IMG/VR virus record: IMGVR_UViG_3300028591_003737
Span: 64,001-128,000 of that record
Origin: a virus
Taxonomy: Duplodnaviria; Caudoviricetes
Strand: one strand, 5' to 3'
DNA: 64,000 nt
Both the position numbers and the translations under genes were made by a program. Below are positions 57,474 to 64,000 of the stretch, piece after piece. The first letter of the stretch is position 1. Every line of letters starts with the position of its first letter. The notes below the pieces were generated by a model. That model was not told the origin of the DNA. It saw nothing but the letters and a program-made list of their open reading frames with translations, and did not search any database.

Positions 57474-58364
57474 TTATTTAATTAAATCACTTAATTTTAT
57501 TATTCTTATTTTACATATTTCATATAATCTTTCATATATTACTTTATTAAGACCTTGATATATTGTATCAAGTAAATCCATATCCATTTTATAATTATTA
57601 ATTAAGAATTTATTTAATGCTTCTGTAAAGTTATTAATATATTCTTCATCATAATGTAAAAATTTCATTAATCTTATTACTGATTTAAAAAATTCAGGAT
57701 GGTTTTCAATAAATTCTTTAGAAATATAATCATAAGTATGAATATCAAACTTCTTTTTTAATACTTCTTCCGCAGCTTCTTTTGTTTTAAATATAAACTG
57801 TCCATCATAATCAGAATATATCTTATCATTCATAATTATGATATATTTATCCGTAATAAAATTTGATACTTTATCATTTAAATAAAGATTTCTAACAGAG
57901 CGTGATAATGCATCTTCAATATTATCATCAGGTGGTGCAAAAGTAAATTTATTTAAATCTCTTTTAATTTCCTCATGTTCATCTTTTGGAAATGCATTCT
58001 TATTTACTTCATCATCAGTTATACAATTATCATATAATTCTTTAGAATCACCCCCATATGAATATTTCCATTCATCAATAAGTTGATTTACTAAATTGCT
58101 TTCAAAATATTTATTGAATGCATCATATAAATCTTCTATTAATCTATCAACCTCTTCTTTAATATATTCTACTGGTTTTTCTCCTTTAGGTGTTATATCT
58201 TTAGGAGTAGACATAGCAAGAGATAATAAATCACCCTTTAATTTATCTAATTCATTATTTGCAGAAGTTTCAGCAGATTTTGCTTCATATACTGATTCTA
58301 TATCAACATTATCAAAATAAAGAATTGGCTTTCTTAATCTTATTTCAGTACCATTTGAACTCAT
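57474..58364 (-). CDS. hypothetical protein
   Basis: 296 aa. Confidence 0.75.
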   Translation of the reverse strand: MSSNGTEIRLRKPILYFDNVDIESVYEAKSAETSANNELDKLKGDLLSLAMSTPKDITPKGEKPVEYIKEEVDRLIEDLYDAFNKYFESNLVNQLIDEWKYSYGGDSKELYDNCITDDEVNKNAFPKDEHEEIKRDLNKFTFAPPDDNIEDALSRSVRNLYLNDKVSNFITDKYIIIMNDKIYSDYDGQFIFKTKEAAEEVLKKKFDIHTYDYISKEFIENHPEFFKSVIRLMKFLHYDEEYINNFTEALNKFLINNYKMDMDLLDTIYQGLNKVIYERLYEICKIRIIKLSDLIK

Positions 58365-58394
58365 ATTATAATGTTTTAAACATAATTATAATTT

Positions 58395-58452
58395 AATATA
58401 GATTAATTATAACTAAAAAATCAATCTCTCAAAGTTTTATTTTTATATATAA
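58395..58452. promoter_or_regulatory. divergent promoter region (class-1-like on minus, class-2 on plus)
   Basis: TCAATCTCTCAAAGTTTTATTTTTATATA, closely matching the element at about 29425-29452. Confidence 0.6.
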
Positions 58453-58476
58453 TATAGTGTTTTGTAATGTATACTT

Positions 58477-58869
58477 ATGGCAGGTGTTAAAATATCTAAA
58501 ATGGATAAATATGAACAGATGTTTGATGGTACTAATTTACCAGAAGACATTACTAATATGATACTTCCAATAAGTTTTGGAAATCAAACTATTAGTATTA
58601 CTGTTGGAACATTGATTCATTTAATGCAACAACAAGATGATGATCAAGATATTAAAATTGATGCTAATACTCAGCTTATTCTTCAGAATACTGAACTTAT
58701 TAATTCTCTTAGTGATGAAATATATCAAAGAATACAGCAATTACAAGAAGAAGCAGAAGCAAAACACAAACAAATGATTGATGACCAAAATGTTATCGAT
58801 ACAGAACAGAATGAACGTATTGGTGATATAGAAGCTACAAATCTTTGGGAAATATATGGAACTGAATAA
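58477..58869 (+). CDS. coiled-coil probable virion protein
   Basis: MAGVKISKM leader; Gln-rich coil. Confidence 0.7.
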   Translation: MAGVKISKMDKYEQMFDGTNLPEDITNMILPISFGNQTISITVGTLIHLMQQQDDDQDIKIDANTQLILQNTELINSLSDEIYQRIQQLQEEAEAKHKQMIDDQNVIDTEQNERIGDIEATNLWEIYGTE

Positions 58870-58871
58870 TA

Positions 58872-59372
58872 ATGCCTAGTAATATCTTTGTTGGAAAAAA
58901 TAATTCTAAGAAAATATCTGAATTAAGACCTCGTGATATTATTACTACTCATCGAGATCATTCATGGATTCCTGTTGCTCAATTTGATAGCAGAATCAAT
59001 GCTTATACAAACTTTGCAATTAACTTATCAGCTATAACTGAATATACTGATGCATATTCATATGCAGCAGCTCAAGTAGTTATGGCTAATTTTGCTTATG
59101 AATATAACTTAGATGAATGGGAAAGATTACATGATTTTGGTGCTACTGAAAATCCTGGATATATAACTAATGAAATGGACACATTAATTACATATTCAAG
59201 TATTGCACAAAATATTGTAACTTATTCTTTCTCATATACAGATAAAATTCATGGTTGGCAATATCTTTTTGGACATTATGATGTATTTATTCCAGAAAGA
59301 CCAGCTTATATTTACACAGAACTTGAAGAATATATTAATACTGAAGACGGTACTAATAGAATTACATTATAA
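58872..59372 (+). CDS. hypothetical probable virion protein
   Basis: SKKISEL motif; C-terminal INTEDG. Confidence 0.7.
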   Translation: MPSNIFVGKNNSKKISELRPRDIITTHRDHSWIPVAQFDSRINAYTNFAINLSAITEYTDAYSYAAAQVVMANFAYEYNLDEWERLHDFGATENPGYITNEMDTLITYSSIAQNIVTYSFSYTDKIHGWQYLFGHYDVFIPERPAYIYTELEEYINTEDGTNRITL

Positions 59373-59378
59373 TAGAAT

Positions 59379-60440
59379 ATGGATGAAATTATTAATAGAA
59401 TAACTGTTGACCAATTAAAAGAAAATCCTCCAGTAATTACTAAGAAATTTCTTTTAGTTGATTCATCATTATATACTAATGAAGCTTATGAATATCTTTT
59501 AGAGATTATAAATGAGACAGATTCTATCGCATTTATAAGAGATTTAAAAAAGATATATACTCATGGTGAATATTTTGGTGGAGATATTTGGGAAGAATCA
59601 TTATTCTATTTTGGTAGTTTTCAGATTTTAGATAATGAAAGTGAAGAAGTATTAACTAATCTTGAAGCTGAAATAAGAAATGAAACTTTAAGATTAAAAG
59701 GAATAAATAATATTAAGTTAATTCCTGAAATAGAATGGAGTAATGGTGTTAAATATAAAACTATAAAAATTGGTTATAATATTGATAATTCAATAGATAA
59801 AACACCAGTTACTATTGATGATAATACTGCTCAATATAATCTTGAAATAAAAGATGATAAAATATCTGTAAATAAATATATTCCAATAAGAATAGAAGCA
59901 CCAAAGTTAAATCTTATAGAATATGATACAGAAATAGAATCATTTGAATTTAATATCAATATTTTAGGAAATGATGATGATAAAAGAGTAGTAATTACTT
60001 CAGACCAAGCTATTGTAAACTTATCTGATGATTTTAGAACAGTATATACTAATATACTTAGACCAAATGCTACTATTGAATATTTAGTTTTATATAGTGA
60101 TTCTAAAACACAAGGAGCAATGAATATTTATCAAAAATATGGATTTGCTAATATATATTCAGTAAATCAAATAACTAAAGAAAATTTTAATTTATTTGAT
60201 AAATATATATCAGAAGATAGTTGTCAAGGAGAATTTACATTAGATATTCCTGATGATCAATATGGATGGTTTGCTTGTCCAAGCTTTTTAAAACCAAAAT
60301 TTATTGATAAAGATACAAATATTTGCGGTGGTTGGGAACAACATAGTTATGTATATTTATATTCATTAAATATGGAATATATTGTATATAAAACTGTTAA
60401 TAGTGGTTTAGGATTAACAAATTGGAAAGTTATTGAATAA
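59379..60440 (+). CDS. hypothetical probable virion protein
   Basis: IAFI.D..KIYTHG.YF; QYGWFACP. Confidence 0.7.
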   Translation: MDEIINRITVDQLKENPPVITKKFLLVDSSLYTNEAYEYLLEIINETDSIAFIRDLKKIYTHGEYFGGDIWEESLFYFGSFQILDNESEEVLTNLEAEIRNETLRLKGINNIKLIPEIEWSNGVKYKTIKIGYNIDNSIDKTPVTIDDNTAQYNLEIKDDKISVNKYIPIRIEAPKLNLIEYDTEIESFEFNINILGNDDDKRVVITSDQAIVNLSDDFRTVYTNILRPNATIEYLVLYSDSKTQGAMNIYQKYGFANIYSVNQITKENFNLFDKYISEDSCQGEFTLDIPDDQYGWFACPSFLKPKFIDKDTNICGGWEQHSYVYLYSLNMEYIVYKTVNSGLGLTNWKVIE

Positions 60441-60457
60441 AATTATTAATTTAATTA

Positions 60458-61906
60458 ATGGCTAGATTAACTTATAATGAAATATTTACTAATGTTCATA
60501 AATATGATGAGACTGGTGCTTATATTGGCCTCCAAATAGCTAGTAAGTTAAATCAAAAGAATGGTCAAGATTATAAACTTATTGATGCAGTTGATATTGA
60601 TTGGAATGGTGCATTTTTAAGAATAACTGGCGCATACATTAATAATACTGAAGATTTATTTGAATCAATAAATAATATTGCAGATTTATCTGACCTTGAA
60701 TGGATTAGAGAAAAGATAAATACTTTAACAGAAAATGTTGATACAATATTATCAACATATGTTACTAAAACAGAATTAGATGAAATATTAGCACAATATC
60801 AAAAACCAATATCTGCTGGTGAAAATATTACTATTGATAATGATAATGTAATTAGTACTTATGGATTAATTACTTCAGAACTTGCAAATGAGTTATTTGC
60901 TAAAGAATTAGATTTTGAAGAATTAGTTCAACGTTTAGATGAAGATTATTATACAAAAACAGAAACTGCAGAAGTTGCAGGTGAAATTACTCTTGCTACA
61001 ATACAAAGTATTATTATAAAAGATGCTGATGAAAGATATAATGATTTAGAAAAAATTTCTAATTGGATTTTATCTCAACCAGAAAGTATAACAGAAGATT
61101 TTGAAATATTTAATAATAGATTAAATCGTATAGATGAAGCTCTTGGTTATGTAGTATATAATGAAGAATTTAATACTTATACTTATACTGATGGTCTTTT
61201 ATATGAGACACATAATCTTCAAATTCAAACAGGTGAATTAAATACCAGAATGGTTAATTTAGAGAATACTGTTGAAGATTTTGGTGTAAAAGTTACTCAA
61301 GCTTATAATACTGCAAATACTGCATATGATATGGCATATGAAGCATATACTACTTCTAATAGTTCTTCTGAAATGGCAGAACTTGCATATGAAATGGCAT
61401 ATACTTCTGTAGTTAAAATTGGTAATAGAAGTGAAGATGAAAGATTTGAAGAATTAACTCAAGAAGATATTGATTTATTAAATGAAGATCCTAATGCTAT
61501 TCAGGTTTATACTATTCGTGATGATAATCATTCAGGTATTCCTCTTCCAGATTATTATAATCCAGATTCTGGTTTAATATATTATAAATTTATTGAAGCC
61601 GTTGAAGGAACAGGAATTTATAAGGAACTTGAAGATGTAGTTGATATAGCAAATGAAGCTAAAGAATCAGCAGATAATTCATTATTTAGATTACATACTG
61701 ATAGAAGAGGAACTACTTATGCTTATTTATCATTATCACCAGATGAAAATGATGGTTCTGGACATAGAACAATTACTTTAAATGTTGATGAAGCACAGAT
61801 AAATAGTTATAATGGTGAAATAGAACAAGAAGGTTTAATTACAACATTTTCATTATCTAATACATTATCTTATATCTCAACTTTTGAAATTATTGAGGTA
61901 AACTAG
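60458..61906 (+). CDS. coiled-coil fibre-like protein
   Basis: L.QKNGQDY.LIDA.DIDW, AGENITID..NVIS, LEKISNWI, A-x-x-A repeats. Confidence 0.75.
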   Translation: MARLTYNEIFTNVHKYDETGAYIGLQIASKLNQKNGQDYKLIDAVDIDWNGAFLRITGAYINNTEDLFESINNIADLSDLEWIREKINTLTENVDTILSTYVTKTELDEILAQYQKPISAGENITIDNDNVISTYGLITSELANELFAKELDFEELVQRLDEDYYTKTETAEVAGEITLATIQSIIIKDADERYNDLEKISNWILSQPESITEDFEIFNNRLNRIDEALGYVVYNEEFNTYTYTDGLLYETHNLQIQTGELNTRMVNLENTVEDFGVKVTQAYNTANTAYDMAYEAYTTSNSSSEMAELAYEMAYTSVVKIGNRSEDERFEELTQEDIDLLNEDPNAIQVYTIRDDNHSGIPLPDYYNPDSGLIYYKFIEAVEGTGIYKELEDVVDIANEAKESADNSLFRLHTDRRGTTYAYLSLSPDENDGSGHRTITLNVDEAQINSYNGEIEQEGLITTFSLSNTLSYISTFEIIEVN

Positions 61907-61977
61907 GTATAAAATAATTTATTTTTAAATATATAAATATAAATATAAAAAATACATAATATATAATTTATAAAAAT

Positions 61978-64000
61978 ATGGCTAATTCAAATGTAAATAT
62001 TGCTAATAAATTATATGCATATATTAAACATGGTGTTGATATATCTCCTGAGATAAAGCAGATATATAACAATTCTATGATTTTTATTGGCGATGAACAA
62101 CAGATTTATGTACCAGTAATGGATACATATGTTGGTATCGGTATGACTGCATATAATGCAACAATTAACAGAATTGCATCAGTTGAAGAACAATTAAGAC
62201 AATTAGCTGAAAACCTTGCTACAGACCTTGTTACCAAGATCTATGCTGACTACTCTTTAACAGAACTTTCTAAGGGTGGTATGATCGAAGGTGGTCTTCC
62301 AGAAGGTTTTAGTGATGATTCTTGGTCATTAAATAATGATATCACTATTAAAGGTATCAATGATTATAACCCAGAAACTCATTATGCTCGTAGAATAGTT
62401 AATGGAGAAATAATTACTTTAACAGATGCTAATGGTGTTAGTGCTCAATTAGTAAATAATGGTAATACTTATGTTGGTGTTGCTCCTTATTCACAAGAAC
62501 CAGGTGTTGAAACATTTGTAAATGCTAGTTCTGGTATTACAATTACTCCACACTGGGGAGATAAAGTAAGAACAACTAACCCTGTTACTGGTCAAGTATT
62601 TGAAAAACGTACTGGTAACTATATCACTATTGATGATAAACTTACATGGAGCTACATGACAAGTGCTTATTCATACTCATTAGCATTTGCTCAGAATTAT
62701 ACAGCTTCTGAAATTGATAGAGTTTATCATAATCTTCTTGGTGAAAGTGAAGTTACTTATAATCCTGTTTCATTCAGATCATTTGTTGATGATGTAACTG
62801 AAGAATTTTCAGCATACACAGAAGGTTTAACAACTGATTTTATTAATCAATATAATGCATCTCACCCTGATACTTGGGTAGTATTACATGATAGTGGTAC
62901 TGTTGATAGTGAAAATAAACCTATTTATGATGGTGCTTATCGTATTGATAGAAAGAATATATATGTTGCTACATATACTGGTAATGATATTCTTCTTGGA
63001 GATAAGGTATACTTTGAAACAACTTATGCTCAAATTGCAAATGTATTAAGTGGTTCAGGTACATCATTTACACCAGCAACTGGAACTTCTTATGTATTAT
63101 ATGATAATGCTGAAGTTTTAGGTGTAACTTCTAATTTCTATCAGTTATATGAAAGAAGTGAACAGTATAATTCATCATATAACATGAATATTAAAGATGG
63201 TATTGAAACTCTTAAAGAAGTTGCTTACTTACTTGATGTTCTTACAGATGGTACACTTGGTGAAACAACATATTTAACATATGGTGAATGGAAAACTACA
63301 GATGCTTTAAAGGATCTTACATTTACAGATGAAGATGGTGATGGTGTTTATACAGGAACCGTTAATGATGTAACATATACTAAAGTATATAAAGGAACTG
63401 CTCCTAATGATAATGAGACATATGCTTTCTATACAGTAATGAATCCAGAAAATCTTGGTATTCAGATGGCTTATTCAATTGCTGGTAATAAGAAAGATAT
63501 TGAAGATTTACATAAGCATGCTGAATTATTAGAAAAAGGTGAAACTACTCTTAGAAGTATTCAATCAACTAATTCACAATTTGCTAATGTAACTTTACTT
63601 GGTGGTACAAAACATTGGACAAATACTGATACTAATCAAGGTGAAGCTAATTTCAATGATGAAGATGGTGATGGTCATAAAATTCATCCAAATCATGATG
63701 TAGATGAACATGCTAGACAAGAAAATTCATATCTTGTTGGTGATGTAAATATTAAAGTTACATTAAATACATCATTAACATATGCAACTGTTCATACTAC
63801 TGATGGTACAACAAATCCTCCATTTACTGATGAGGCTGGTGTTGAATGGCATGGTTTCTATACAGCTGCTGATATGGATGCAATAGATACAGCACATGCT
63901 ACTTATTATACTATTTCAGGTGGTGCTGGTACTTTACAAAGTCCTTATGAATTCCAACCAATAAGTGCTGCAGCTATTGCTGAAGCTCATACAAATGATT
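61978..64000 (+). CDS. large probable virion/fibre protein (partial, runs off window end)
   Basis: ATG at 61978 after class-2 motif; open to the end (>670 aa); IETLKEVAY motif. Confidence 0.75.
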   Translation, partial: MANSNVNIANKLYAYIKHGVDISPEIKQIYNNSMIFIGDEQQIYVPVMDTYVGIGMTAYNATINRIASVEEQLRQLAENLATDLVTKIYADYSLTELSKGGMIEGGLPEGFSDDSWSLNNDITIKGINDYNPETHYARRIVNGEIITLTDANGVSAQLVNNGNTYVGVAPYSQEPGVETFVNASSGITITPHWGDKVRTTNPVTGQVFEKRTGNYITIDDKLTWSYMTSAYSYSLAFAQNYTASEIDRVYHNLLGESEVTYNPVSFRSFVDDVTEEFSAYTEGLTTDFINQYNASHPDTWVVLHDSGTVDSENKPIYDGAYRIDRKNIYVATYTGNDILLGDKVYFETTYAQIANVLSGSGTSFTPATGTSYVLYDNAEVLGVTSNFYQLYERSEQYNSSYNMNIKDGIETLKEVAYLLDVLTDGTLGETTYLTYGEWKTTDALKDLTFTDEDGDGVYTGTVNDVTYTKVYKGTAPNDNETYAFYTVMNPENLGIQMAYSIAGNKKDIEDLHKHAELLEKGETTLRSIQSTNSQFANVTLLGGTKHWTNTDTNQGEANFNDEDGDGHKIHPNHDVDEHARQENSYLVGDVNIKVTLNTSLTYATVHTTDGTTNPPFTDEAGVEWHGFYTAADMDAIDTAHATYYTISGGAGTLQSPYEFQPISAAAIAEAHTND

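Noticed and set aside
1-64000. Genome-wide TAG-to-Gln recoding (code 15)
   Set aside because: Coding density is already near-complete under code 11. Only one interrupted frame was found, and one TAG behaves like a true stop (52974). Kept only as a low-confidence finding.
1-64000. CRISPR array, tRNA genes, diversity-generating retroelement, IS/integrase
   Set aside because: No regularly spaced repeats, cloverleaf-like GC-rich intergenic segments, reverse transcriptase, TR/VR pair or transposase seen by eye; a tRNAscan/CRISPR scan would be needed for certainty.

Overview
Very AT-rich, densely packed segment of a large lytic dsDNA (jumbo/mega) phage genome. The host is probably a Bacteroidota gut/rumen bacterium: there are no Shine-Dalgarno motifs, leaders are A-rich, and IF3, MDH and the TonB-dependent receptor look Bacteroidota-like. 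Minus-strand blocks (1-29354, 47493-58364) hold many small hypothetical genes plus T4-like replication genes (two topoisomerase II subunits, a stand-alone C-terminal half of a family-B DNA polymerase, Dam) and a divergent sigma-70 factor. They also carry many host-derived genes: TonB-dependent receptor, PnuC, NadR, SLOG, NADAR, DarG-like macrodomain, MDH, AsnA, IF3, GrpE, FNT channel and a radical SAM enzyme. Plus-strand blocks (29479-47455, 58477-end) encode large probable virion fibre/adhesin proteins (collagen, Ig-like, LRR, LamG and CotH-like domains). Two recurrent promoter-like motifs separate the two gene classes. The best candidate new system is a phage-encoded route for importing an NAD+ precursor across both membranes and converting it (TBDT + PnuC + NadR), in a genome region rich in NAD/ADP-ribose counter-defence genes. 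The second candidate is a radical SAM gene followed by four small proteins with Cys motifs, including an SGGCG-repeat tail. No tRNA, rRNA, CRISPR array or transposon was recognised. All family assignments are by motif recognition, without database searches.
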